In this document: positions 28,917-39,145 of the stretch, in pieces
Layout: each line of letters opens with the position of its first letter
Position numbering within the stretch: position 1 is the stretch's first letter
Assembly (NCBI GenBank): GCA_963664875.1
Contig: OY761611.1
Location: forward strand, 3,168,001 to 3,232,000
Direction: 5' to 3'
DNA length: 64,000 nt
Origin: Candidatus Kapaibacterium sp.
GTDB taxonomy: Bacteria > Bacteroidota > Ignavibacteria > Kapaibacteriales > UBA2268
Made by a program: the position numbers and the translations under genes
The notes under the pieces: generated by a model
What the model was told of the DNA's origin: nothing
Databases searched by the model: none
What the model saw: only the letters and a program-made list of their open reading frames with translations

Positions 28917-31900
28917 TTATTTCACGAATGAAATAATGCCTGTTTGTGTGTTTTCGCCCGCTATGATAACATAGTAATAAGTTCCTGATTCAAGAATATT
29001 ACCACTATCTGAAGTGCCGTCCCAAGTAGTAGCATGCTTACCATTGGAAACAAATGAACTTTCCAAAGTTCTGACTTTTCTGCCGGCAACATCGAAGATT
29101 TCGATAGTTACATCTGTATCTTCTGTAGTAGTATATTCAATATTCAATACAGTGCTGAAAGGAGTAGGATATGATTTTGTTGTTATGCCTGACCAGTCAG
29201 ATACAAATTCTTCGCCTGCTTCAGCTTCTTTGAATAATTTTGAACCATCGTAAGTAAACAGAACATTAGGATTGTTGTTTACGTTCCAAAGTTTTGTTTT
29301 TGTTTTGCCGTTGTAAGTACATCTGAAATAGTAATATAAAGGAAGCATTTCCATTGTTTCAGGTGTTTGACCTGTCAAACCAAATGAAACATAGCTTGCA
29401 TAACCGTTTCTATAGATAGCAGTACCATTAAGAGGAGTATTGCTTCCATCAACAAGATTGAAAGACACTAAAACGGTTTGGAAATTAACTGCTTGATTAT
29501 TGGTTACGTTTTGTTGTTTTGTTTGAGTGTATCCTAAATATTTTGCTTTGAAGTAGTAAGAAAGTGGAAGCATTTCTAAAGTATCAGCAGATATGTTTGT
29601 TCCTAAAGAAACATAATTATAGTTTGCATCGCGATAATATAATTCCTCTGCTTCTAAAGGATTGCCTGTAGAATTAGCAAGAGATACGATAACCGGTTTT
29701 GTTTGGAATTCGATAGTTGCATCGTCAGCTGTGTTTTGGAACAATGGTTGACCAAATCCTAAATACGTAGCTTGGAAATAATAAGATAGAGGCAACATTT
29801 CCAAAGTATGATTATCAGCATTTTGAGCTATACTTACATAGTTTCCTTCTACATTTCTATACGCCAAATCTTCAGCAGCAAGCGGATTGCCATCAGAATC
29901 TTTTAAGCTTAGGTTAACTGCAATAGTTCCAAAATCAACTGTTTGTGCGTTTTTGACATTTTGAGTAACAGTTTGAGCAAATCCTAAATATTTTGCCTGG
30001 AAGTCAAAAGATAAAGGAAGCATTTCTATAGAAGCAGTAGAGGCATTAGTTGCCATTGGAATCAATGCACCTGTACCGTCTCTGTAAAGTAATTCGTCTG
30101 CTATCAAATCATTACCGTATGAATCTTTAAAGTTTACGGTTACTTCTTTAGTTTGATAAATTACAATAGGATCTCTATTAAACACGCCAAGTTTTGTTTC
30201 TGTTTTGCCGAGATGTGTCATTTTTACGTAAGTGTAGTATTGTGGTATATTGGCAGTGATATATCCAAATTGATTTGTATTTGCAGCAATATAAGATCCA
30301 TTTCTGATTTGAGCTACTTGGTCAGGGATAGGATTGTTTTTACTGTCAATCAATTTGACCATAATGTTATATCCGCTACAGTCACCTTGAGTCCAAGGGT
30401 AATAGTCAACGTTATCAGTAAGTTTGTCACCAACGCCACCAATATTAGAAGCTACTTCCGGACCGGAGCAATCACCCCACCAGTTGTTGATAGCAGAGAA
30501 TTGTTGAGTAGTTAAGTTGTTAATTGCATATTCACCAGTACCTGAGAATGAGTTGTTTACAACTGTAACATTTGATAAGTCTGCTTCTTTTTTTTCTGAG
30601 ACTCTAAATTTGATCGCATCAGAACCGCAATTAGTGAAGGTATTGTTGTTGACATTCATAGTACCAGTAAAATTATCATAAAGATAAATACCAGCTATAC
30701 CAATGTTTTCAAAAGTATTGTTTGACATTTTAACATCGTTGTTGGAAGCTGCGATTATGAAACCGCCTTGTTTCTGCCACCATTCAACTGCACCTTCACG
30801 GTCATTTTTAACAGTATTGCCTATAAAGTCACCATGAACACGATTAAAATTTACAGACCAAGCTTCATTTAATTCAAATACATTATCGATTACATCAACA
30901 TAATTTGTACCTGTTGACCAAACTGTTATACCATTTGAACACCAGTTGTTGTGGAAATAGTTATCAATTATGTCAAGATTTAGATCACCGTTATTACCAC
31001 TTACATACCAGTTACCATTAATAACCGAATAGCCATTTTGGAAAATATTATGTTCAAAAGTAAAATCGACATTGGCTTTGCCTAAGATTTCAACGAAACG
31101 TGATACATTGTAATCTCCTGTTTCATCATTATGTGGTTTTGAATCAACAAGATCAAATGTGAAACCTTTTACGATAACTGTGATATTGGGTGCAGTACAT
31201 TTGATAATTGGTTGAGTACTAGTAGTACTTACCGGTTTCAAATTAGCTTCAGCACCACGAGTATCTGTATTAGGACTCAAAATTGCATTAGGGCCTAAAA
31301 GAGTTAAAGATTTATCGATAGTTAAAAACTCATCGTAATCTCCTGCTTCTACTTCGATCATATCATTAGCATTAGCATCATTGATGGCTTCTTGAATTGT
31401 CCAATAATCAATATTTTGAGTTACATTGTGTACGTGCTTACCACCGTCACAGTTGCCACTTGCAAGCATAAAAGGAATATAGTTTATATCGCCGTTTAAC
31501 AATGCTTTTACTTCTGATTCCAAATCTGTACTAAAGTAATTACAACCGGTTGCATCTACTTCAGGAGCTGTAGAAGTAATAGCATAATTGTTATTTGTGA
31601 ATGTACAACCACTTACTGTTACATCACTAACGTCGTTAGCATCATAACCTACTGCGATACCTGTAGTACATCCTGTAATTGTAGTTCCGGTGATAGTTGC
31701 TTCAGTGCCTGCACCAAAATATGTAGTAACTAAGATACCGGCAGAAGTAGAGCCGTCAGTGGAAGCAACTGCACTATTGCCATCTATTGTACAATTTGTT
31801 ACAGTACCTTTACCGCCACCTCCAAATTCGATTGCGTAATCTAAAGCATCAACAGTTGCTTTACCTTGGTAAGTACAATTTTCAATTGTAGCTGTTGGAG

Positions 31901-34757
31901 CATTAGGCATTTTGCCGCCTCTGACATGGATACCGACGCGTTGAATATCACTGAATTCGCAATTTGTAACTGAGTTGTTGTCTCCTGTTAGGAATTGAAC
32001 ACCAAAGCCATAATATGTTCCGCTTTTAATATTTTTAATTACACAATTATCAATATTAGATTCGCCTCTTGATTGGATTGCTGTATTGATTGTATTAGTT
32101 TGACCATCTATTGTCAAGTTGCTCATACCAAAAGTTGCATCTGGCGCTACATAGAACCATGCAGCTGATTGCGTGTAAGAAGAATTTGTTGTAGCATAAT
32201 CAGTATTAATAACTGTCAAATCTTTACCTGCACCCTTAATTGCAAGGTTTTTATCAATTACGAATTGTCCTGATTCAAGGAAAGTACCGTCTCCTAATAG
32301 GATAGTGCTTCCTGCAGGTGTTAAAGCTATATTATCTTGAAGATTTGTATTGATTCTAACAGAATTTGGATATGTGCCAAGCATCAAATCTGCAGGAACG
32401 AAGTTTGCGTAGTCAGAAAGTGCAATTACTTTGTTTCCGAAAGTGTTTTGATTCCAAATTTGTGCCCAGTCTAATTGCCCTGCAATTACACCACCCACAT
32501 TACCGCGAGCGTTGATATAATCATCTACATTTGTAACACCGGAAAAATCATTACCTGTGATTACTGCACCACCAACAGGTTTAACAATCCATCCTTGAAC
32601 AGGATTTTCACCATTCCAACCACGGAAGCTGATTAGATAGTATTCTCTCTCGCCTGTGAAAGTGTTATTTGTAATTTGTCTATTTGCAACATCGCCGGTT
32701 TTTCCAACGCCATTGTTTATCGATACGAGTGCATTATGGAAAATGTTATTATTGATTGTATAATGTGTAATTGGATGAGTTAAATCCCATTCGCCAAAAT
32801 ATAAAGAACCTTGATTGGCAACTGTATTAAAGTAGCAATTAGAGATTGTAAAATTATTACCTACTACTTCAATTGTTTTGTTATTGTCCATAACTCCGTT
32901 TTTGAAGTTATCGCCAATTTTCAGACCTTCTAAAGTTACACCGTTTGCCTGAACAAAAATACCTGAAGAACCAAATGAGTTTGTTGCATTGGTTGTGAAT
33001 GTAACAGCTGCATTTGCAGGATCTGTAACAACATTACCATTAACATCTAAACCTCTGATTTTAAGATTGTCCTTATCGATGAACATACCGAATTGATATC
33101 CGTTTGCAGGCCCGTGTGTACCAAACACCATTCGACCGGTTGCTGCTATCATACCGTAGTCACCTGCTTCAACGAGAATAGTATTGCCCGGAGCTGCTGC
33201 GTCAATTGCAGCTTGAATTGACAATAGTGGCATTACATGATATACAGAGTTGTTATCTTTAACTACTGAAGCAGTGTTGCCTAAGCGAGTATTTAGATAA
33301 GTTGCAAAACCATAAGCTTCGAGTAGGTCACCGTCTGTGTAGAATGTATATTCTGTCAGAGGCGTGTTTGCTGTTTCATAAGTCCAATTTGAAATATTGA
33401 TATTGGTAGAAACAAAACCGAACTCATTTTGAATATAAACTGCATCTTCGACATTATTAGCTGCAAAGTCAAAGTTTACGTTATTAGATGCTCTGTTATA
33501 ATAAGTCGGTTTAGAGCAATAAACAGCGATACCACCCCAAGCGTTGTTCGAAGAGGTAACACCTGTGATAGTTACATTATTACAGCCGGTTAGACTGATT
33601 GCATTGCCACCTACTGTATTAGTAGCAGTTAGGTTTGTCAAAGTCAAATTCGTAACTGCATGAAAATCAAAAGGTGTTTTCTTAGAAGCATTTGCTGTAA
33701 TATTTTCGAGAGTAATATTTGCAATATCATCACTCACTTTGAACAAATAACTTCCGTTCGCAGTATTTGGTATGGTTGTAAAGTTTTTGATTGTTACATC
33801 TGAAGCACCAACTTTAATTCCATAGGCTGGGCCATTAACTGCAGAAACATCAATGAAACATCCTGCTTCTGAATCACCTATGATTGTCAAGGCTTTGTTT
33901 ATACTTAATGTATTAGTTTGTACAAAAGTACCCTCTAATACTCTAAGATAGTCACCCGCTGTGGCTGCATTAACTGCCGGCTGGATATTTTCATGAGTCG
34001 TAGTTTGAGTTATATTATAGACTCTATCAGTTGCACTATGAACTGCAATATCGTCCCAATAAATGTCATAGTCGTCATTAAATACTTGTTCTGCTGCTGG
34101 TAGAGTTAGATCACCAAAGTTATAACCTTGTACCCAAATATAACCCACAGATGCTGCTGCTGGAATACTTGTAGCAACATTATCTGTATATACAAGATTG
34201 CCATTGATATAAAACTCAGATTGTTGAGGATATAAGCGCATTTCAAGCTCATACCACTGGTCATAAGTTATTGTTGTTGAAAGATTTGCCCATGCATCAG
34301 CGTGCGTCCAAACTCTAAATGTAGGATTTGTACCTTCAGTATTAGCAAAACCTATAATAGGATAGTTGTCTGTTTTAGCATCACTTGCGTCGTAAGTTAA
34401 TGACCATAAGTCACTACGTCTGTGGTTTGTTTGCCAATCTTGAGGAATATATAGTTTTCCTTTAATGACAGCTGCATCATTAGCTGTGATTGGTATGTCT
34501 GTAAGAAACTTTCTGCCATGAGTATTTTTGTGTGTTGTTTGTGAGCTTGATTCTCTATCAGCCCAATCATCAGTGATTAGTAGATGCAGGCGAGCATCGT
34601 TTTGGAAAGTTGCCTGCTCGAATAGATTTGGGGCGTACCTGTCGGTACTCCATTCAGAGAGGTCATTAAATTCTGAGAAATACCGTCCACCAGCGACGGC
34701 ATCAAGACTTGCTACTATTATAGCGAGAAGTAGCAAGAAAATCTTGGTAGATTTCAT
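28917..34757 (-). CDS. Large secreted multidomain protein: LamG/ConA-like N-domain, right-handed beta-helix regions, five ~75-aa repeats, FlgD-Ig/T9SS C-terminal domain
   Basis: Signal peptide; repeated IQ.A(I/V)(N/D)(A/D)A...G/ND.I.V..G beta-helix caps; EMLPLSYYF repeats; SYPTPFS...IFDVAGRKVRTL...WDG...SGTYYY tail; AGGAG SD. Confidence 0.82.
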   Translation of the reverse strand: MKSTKIFLLLLAIIVASLDAVAGGRYFSEFNDLSEWSTDRYAPNLFEQATFQNDARLHLLITDDWADRESSSQTTHKNTHGRKFLTDIPITANDAAVIKGKLYIPQDWQTNHRRSDLWSLTYDASDAKTDNYPIIGFANTEGTNPTFRVWTHADAWANLSTTITYDQWYELEMRLYPQQSEFYINGNLVYTDNVATSIPAAASVGYIWVQGYNFGDLTLPAAEQVFNDDYDIYWDDIAVHSATDRVYNITQTTTHENIQPAVNAATAGDYLRVLEGTFVQTNTLSINKALTIIGDSEAGCFIDVSAVNGPAYGIKVGASDVTIKNFTTIPNTANGSYLFKVSDDIANITLENITANASKKTPFDFHAVTNLTLTNLTATNTVGGNAISLTGCNNVTITGVTSSNNAWGGIAVYCSKPTYYNRASNNVNFDFAANNVEDAVYIQNEFGFVSTNINISNWTYETANTPLTEYTFYTDGDLLEAYGFATYLNTRLGNTASVVKDNNSVYHVMPLLSIQAAIDAAAPGNTILVEAGDYGMIAATGRMVFGTHGPANGYQFGMFIDKDNLKIRGLDVNGNVVTDPANAAVTFTTNATNSFGSSGIFVQANGVTLEGLKIGDNFKNGVMDNNKTIEVVGNNFTISNCYFNTVANQGSLYFGEWDLTHPITHYTINNNIFHNALVSINNGVGKTGDVANRQITNNTFTGEREYYLISFRGWNGENPVQGWIVKPVGGAVITGNDFSGVTNVDDYINARGNVGGVIAGQLDWAQIWNQNTFGNKVIALSDYANFVPADLMLGTYPNSVRINTNLQDNIALTPAGSTILLGDGTFLESGQFVIDKNLAIKGAGKDLTVINTDYATTNSSYTQSAAWFYVAPDATFGMSNLTIDGQTNTINTAIQSRGESNIDNCVIKNIKSGTYYGFGVQFLTGDNNSVTNCEFSDIQRVGIHVRGGKMPNAPTATIENCTYQGKATVDALDYAIEFGGGGKGTVTNCTIDGNSAVASTDGSTSAGILVTTYFGAGTEATITGTTITGCTTGIAVGYDANDVSDVTVSGCTFTNNNYAITSTAPEVDATGCNYFSTDLESEVKALLNGDINYIPFMLASGNCDGGKHVHNVTQNIDYWTIQEAINDANANDMIEVEAGDYDEFLTIDKSLTLLGPNAILSPNTDTRGAEANLKPVSTTSTQPIIKCTAPNITVIVKGFTFDLVDSKPHNDETGDYNVSRFVEILGKANVDFTFEHNIFQNGYSVINGNWYVSGNNGDLNLDIIDNYFHNNWCSNGITVWSTGTNYVDVIDNVFELNEAWSVNFNRVHGDFIGNTVKNDREGAVEWWQKQGGFIIAASNNDVKMSNNTFENIGIAGIYLYDNFTGTMNVNNNTFTNCGSDAIKFRVSEKKEADLSNVTVVNNSFSGTGEYAINNLTTQQFSAINNWWGDCSGPEVASNIGGVGDKLTDNVDYYPWTQGDCSGYNIMVKLIDSKNNPIPDQVAQIRNGSYIAANTNQFGYITANIPQYYTYVKMTHLGKTETKLGVFNRDPIVIYQTKEVTVNFKDSYGNDLIADELLYRDGTGALIPMATNASTASIEMLPLSFDFQAKYLGFAQTVTQNVKNAQTVDFGTIAVNLSLKDSDGNPLAAEDLAYRNVEGNYVSIAQNADNHTLEMLPLSYYFQATYLGFGQPLFQNTADDATIEFQTKPVIVSLANSTGNPLEAEELYYRDANYNYVSLGTNISADTLEMLPLSYYFKAKYLGYTQTKQQNVTNNQAVNFQTVLVSFNLVDGSNTPLNGTAIYRNGYASYVSFGLTGQTPETMEMLPLYYYFRCTYNGKTKTKLWNVNNNPNVLFTYDGSKLFKEAEAGEEFVSDWSGITTKSYPTPFSTVLNIEYTTTEDTDVTIEIFDVAGRKVRTLESSFVSNGKHATTWDGTSDSGNILESGTYYYVIIAGENTQTGIISFVK

Positions 34758-35564
34758 CGGATTAACTCCTAATATGTTAAAAACGAAACAGAGACATTTT
34801 TTAAGTTGGGCAAGATGAAGTGATTTATCAAGTATTGAGCGAAAATACTTAATGATGAGCGAGCGCGAGCAGAGATGTCTTGCCTTTCTTATCTAATTAC
34901 TTATTTTGGATATTGTACTCACTTTATAATTTTTAATTATACTATTGCGTTATTTACAACATAGGGTAAAAATGATTCATAAACAATAGCATGATATACG
35001 TATTTTTATGTATCCCAATTATTACAAGATTAGCTTACCTATTATTGCGTATGTGTGTTTTTCTCGAGAATCAGACTAACCGATGATAGTAAACATATAA
35101 CATTGATAATAATCTATTTACTTGATATTTGATTTTTAAAAAATGGCAATATAAAGTGTTTTTTTATATAGCTGTTTTTAGGTATTACTATGGAATATTC
35201 CAGACTCTTGTTATAGTTTTTAGAAGCTCTCAGGAAGCTGAATTTTCATGCTCTTAGGTTGCCAATTTCAAAAACTATATATTGAGTGGCTGTCTTCTTC
35301 TAGATAAGTCTGTTTTTCTGAGAATAGTATTCAATTATTTTATCAAATATTGTGGTAAATATTTGCGCGGGATTCTTATAATAATTACGAGAACTTAACT
35401 TGATATGATTCTATCCCAAAACTATCAAGAGTATATATTAATATAACCATCCTTCTACTGTGCCTTACTCGTCATATCAAGCTGCCATATAGAATTCAAA
35501 TACACTTTTCTTTGACTTGTTTCTTCTTAGATTTTATAGATTAAAATTAGTTTGGTGCAAAACA

Positions 35565-37775
35565 ATGAAAATTTTCAGGTCAATATTTTTCATAATATTT
35601 ATACTTTCATGCAGTTTACATACTACTTCAGCTGCTGTGCTTCAGAAGTCATTAGATACTCAAGATATTACAAGCATGAGTATCGAAGAGTTGATGGATG
35701 TTAAAGTCGTAAGTGTTTCAAATTTTGTAGAAACTAAAAAAAATGCCCCCGGAAATATTATTTACATAGAAAAATCTGAACTAATTCATCGTGGTTACAA
35801 TGATTTGGTCGAAATATTCAACGATTTGCCCGGAATTGATTTTGCTCAAACTTGGGGGGATTTGTATTATAAAACATATTGGCGAGGCTATCGGCAGGGA
35901 CTTTCTTCGCCTTTCCTTTTGATGCTTGATGGTAAAGTTATAAACCATCTCTATTACCATTGGACAGACATTTTAGTTTCCATCCCGATTTCAATGGTGG
36001 ATCACATTGAAATTGTATATGGTCCGGTTTCGTCTGTTTATGGAGCCAATGCTTTAATGGGAGTGTTCAATATTATTACTCAAACTGAAAAGGTTGAAAA
36101 CGGTACCTCTGTCAATGCTAAATTCTCTATCGGAAGCTTTGAGTCAAAAAATACTGACATTACTATCTTCCATAAAATAAACGATTTTTCTCTGAGAGTA
36201 AGTGCATTCCTTAATTATGGTGATTTGGATACAGATAAGCTCGAAGAATACGAATATACAAAGTCTAAATATGTAACTGATCCTAAACTTTGGGGTGAGT
36301 TTATAAATTCAGGTTTTTTCCCCGGAGAGTATAGCTCATTAAGAGAAAATAAAGGTCTGGCTCTTTCTGCATTTGTTGGGAACACAGAAATAGGGTTACA
36401 GTATTTCAGAGTAGATAATAAGTATGGTGTCAATTATGCTTATGACAAAGCACCTCCGGGTTGCGAATGGATGGAAGATGATTATTTTATGTTTGTAAGT
36501 AGTAAAAACGAAATTAGCTCAGAGATAACTTCTAATTCTTACGTCCGATTCAGACAATCTGATTTGCCGAGTGCAAGTGCTTCACTTGAGCAAGTTTCTG
36601 ACTATGGCGAGAAAAGACTTATCAAGTTTGGATATTGGCAACTAACTAACGATAGCTGGTCAGTCTATCAAGACTTTGATCTTAATTTTTTTGAGACTGT
36701 AAATCTAAAAGTAGGTTTCAATTATGAAATGCAGCAACTTCAAAAAGCTTATGAAATTAACTGGGGTGAAACAGTCTCGCCTGAAAACTCTTCGAATTAC
36801 AGCTATCCAAATCCACCTGGTAATATTACAAGAACAGAGAACTCTATGCTTTGGCAATATACAGGGGCTTATTTTCAATCTAAATATGATTTGTCAGATT
36901 TATTATCTTCTGATTTTCAGCACTATTTATCTTTGGGTCTAAGGTTTGATGATAACTCAGAGTTTGATTCGTATATAACTTATCGTTTAGCCTATATATT
37001 GAACTACAATCGTTTTGGTTTCAAACTAATGTATGGAACAGCCATACAGGAGCCGGCACCAAGACAGCTCTACGGGGCGTGGGCTGGAAGTAGTGATAAC
37101 GCAGGTTTAGTCCCTGAAGAATCTAAGAATCTGGAATCTGTTCTGTTCTATTCTGATCATTTGTTTTATATCTCTTTCAATCCCTACTACAGTATTATCG
37201 AAAATGCAATTAACAACATAAATTCTATCCCAATGAACATTTCCGAAAGAGAAATGCTCGGGATTGATCTACATTTTACCATGAAGTATGTACTTTCTGC
37301 TGAGCTTGACCTGAAGGTGTGGTCATATTTTTCTTATATTCACACCAGTGAAGAACGATACAACAACGATGCCGAGCATATAGGAAACAGCAAAATAGGG
37401 GATATAGCTCCGTATAAAGTATATTTTGGAACCAATATCGGATACAATAAATTCAATCTAAACTTGAGAGCACGATTCATTAGTGAAAGAGATAATTATC
37501 AAAGTAATCCTGTACCACATACACCCGAATACTTTACCTTAGATCTAAATCTAATTGCGAAAAATATATTGAAAAATGTTTCTTTGGGTCTGAAAGTAAA
37601 CAACATTTTTGATAAGACTTATTATCATCCGGGCATAAGAGACGCAAATGCAGGGATTATCCCCGGCTATTTCGATGCTGACGATAACTGGTACGGCAGC
37701 AGGGGTTGGATGAATTCACTTTTGCCACAACCCGGACGAGCTGTCTATCTCCAACTTATGCTCGATATAAAGTAA
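35565..37775 (+). CDS. TonB-dependent receptor
   Basis: Signal peptide; MSIEELMDVKVVSVS; plug IEIVYGPVSSVYGANALMGVFNIIT; barrel end NNIFDKTY...PQPGRAVY. Start reassigned to the ATG at 35565. Confidence 0.88.
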   Translation: MKIFRSIFFIIFILSCSLHTTSAAVLQKSLDTQDITSMSIEELMDVKVVSVSNFVETKKNAPGNIIYIEKSELIHRGYNDLVEIFNDLPGIDFAQTWGDLYYKTYWRGYRQGLSSPFLLMLDGKVINHLYYHWTDILVSIPISMVDHIEIVYGPVSSVYGANALMGVFNIITQTEKVENGTSVNAKFSIGSFESKNTDITIFHKINDFSLRVSAFLNYGDLDTDKLEEYEYTKSKYVTDPKLWGEFINSGFFPGEYSSLRENKGLALSAFVGNTEIGLQYFRVDNKYGVNYAYDKAPPGCEWMEDDYFMFVSSKNEISSEITSNSYVRFRQSDLPSASASLEQVSDYGEKRLIKFGYWQLTNDSWSVYQDFDLNFFETVNLKVGFNYEMQQLQKAYEINWGETVSPENSSNYSYPNPPGNITRTENSMLWQYTGAYFQSKYDLSDLLSSDFQHYLSLGLRFDDNSEFDSYITYRLAYILNYNRFGFKLMYGTAIQEPAPRQLYGAWAGSSDNAGLVPEESKNLESVLFYSDHLFYISFNPYYSIIENAINNINSIPMNISEREMLGIDLHFTMKYVLSAELDLKVWSYFSYIHTSEERYNNDAEHIGNSKIGDIAPYKVYFGTNIGYNKFNLNLRARFISERDNYQSNPVPHTPEYFTLDLNLIAKNILKNVSLGLKVNNIFDKTYYHPGIRDANAGIIPGYFDADDNWYGSRGWMNSLLPQPGRAVYLQLMLDIK

Positions 37776-37961
37776 GCTCCTATATTTTTTTACACTGGTG
37801 TAGCTTCGTTGGTGTGTCCTTCTAAAAGAAATTGGTAATAGAAAATCTCTTGTTATCTCGTATTCTGTAAACCATTTTTCACACATTTTGTTAGGTGTGA
37901 AATTTCTTTCCTATTTTCTGAGTAATATTTAAAAAATAATTGCAAAATTTGAAAAAAGTAT

Positions 37962-37990
37962 TTGCACGACTATTAGGATTATGTTACATT
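37962..37990 (+). promoter_or_regulatory. Canonical sigma70-like promoter upstream of the methyltransferase-MATE-rsgA cluster
   Basis: TTGCAC-N17-TACATT with extended -10 TG at 37982-83. Confidence 0.5.
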
Positions 37991-38011
37991 TACATACCTA
38001 TTTGATGCAAA

Positions 38012-38044
38012 ATGATGATAACCTACACACATATAACCCGCTAA
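38012..38044 (+). CDS. Putative leader peptide MMITYTHITR
   Basis: Short ORF just after the predicted promoter, followed by two hairpins before the methyltransferase RBS. Confidence 0.3.
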   Translation: MMITYTHITR

Positions 38045-38153
38045 GCATTTACAGCTTTTTTCCTATTAAAGCTGTTGCTTCTCTGACGGTATCGCTTAAG
38101 CCTAAGCGATAGACTTTTACTTATATCAATTTAGAATCAAGGACTTAATCCAA

Positions 38154-38900
38154 ATGGAACAGGTTTTCTATGAGCTGTTCGATGATGTGCCACGTCAGGG
38201 CCCGGGAAGCGATGCATCTACTCTCAAAGCTTTGAGCGAAGTAAAAGATTCGTTACCTAAATGCCCACGCATATTAGACTTGGGATGCGGCACCGGCAAG
38301 CAGACACTTAACATCGCACAGCAAGTGCAAGACTCTCTGATAACAGCTATTGACAATTACGAACCTTTTTTGCAGAAGCTCTCAGAGGCTTCTGAAATGC
38401 AAGGACTAAGCCGAAATGTAACTCCACTTCTCGGAGATATGGGCAGACTTCCTTTTTATCCCAATTCGTTTGATTTGATGTGGGCTGAAGGTTCGATATT
38501 TATTCTTGGAGTAGAAAAAGCTTTGGAGCATTGGACTCCTCTGCTTAGTAAAGGCGGACAGATTTGTTTCTCAGAAATGGTAATGACAAGCGACTTACCA
38601 CACGAAGAATGCTCAAAGTATTTCTCTGAAATTTATCCGGGAATGCCGAGCAAAGAGCAGATTAGAAAAGCTCTCGAAACAAACGGATACGAGCTCAAAT
38701 CTGAATTTTTGTCGCCTTACTCAGACTGGTGGGACGAATATTACACTCCGATACTCGGGAATCTCGAGAAAATGAAGAGTAAATATTCAGACAACAAAAC
38801 AGCAGATGAAATAATTAAAGGAATGGAAACAGAAATCGAAATTCACCGTAAATACGGGGATCAATATGGTTATATGTTCTTTATTGCAGTAAAAAAATAG
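38154..38900 (+). CDS. Class I SAM-dependent methyltransferase
   Basis: PRQGPGS, ILDLGCGTG, GDMGRLPF, FDLMWAEGSI. Confidence 0.9.
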   Translation: MEQVFYELFDDVPRQGPGSDASTLKALSEVKDSLPKCPRILDLGCGTGKQTLNIAQQVQDSLITAIDNYEPFLQKLSEASEMQGLSRNVTPLLGDMGRLPFYPNSFDLMWAEGSIFILGVEKALEHWTPLLSKGGQICFSEMVMTSDLPHEECSKYFSEIYPGMPSKEQIRKALETNGYELKSEFLSPYSDWWDEYYTPILGNLEKMKSKYSDNKTADEIIKGMETEIEIHRKYGDQYGYMFFIAVKK

Positions 38901-39010
38901 GTTGTCATCAGGTACTGCATCAATTAGAAATGACCTTGGTAGGAAATTGTGCTATACCAAGGCAAAATCAAAATCTTTTATAAAAAAATTAACATCTTAG
39001 GAGAAAAAAC

Positions 39011-39145
39011 ATGTTTACATTTACTAAACCTATAATTGCAGCCACGGACTTTGTCGTCAGTTTAGAGTTATCAAACAGATCATCAAATAGGTTAAAAGAA
39101 AAAATTGTAACACATAAAAAGCGAAAACGAAAATGGGGAAATTAG
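39011..39145 (+). CDS. Unannotated 44-aa upstream ORF overlapping the MATE start
   Basis: AGGAG SD 7 nt before the ATG; MFTFTKPIIAATDFVVSLELSNRSSNRLKEKIVTHKKRKRKWGN*; overlaps the first 13 nt of the MATE gene. Confidence 0.5.
   Translation: MFTFTKPIIAATDFVVSLELSNRSSNRLKEKIVTHKKRKRKWGN

Noticed and set aside
28415-28936. ORFs 28415-28645 and 28736-28936
   Set aside because: Overlap palindromic repeats, low-complexity A/T runs and a terminator; not protein-like.
34760-35564. Cobalamin or other known riboswitch ahead of the TonB receptor
   Set aside because: No B12-box or other consensus recognisable by eye; an Rfam scan would be needed to exclude it fully.
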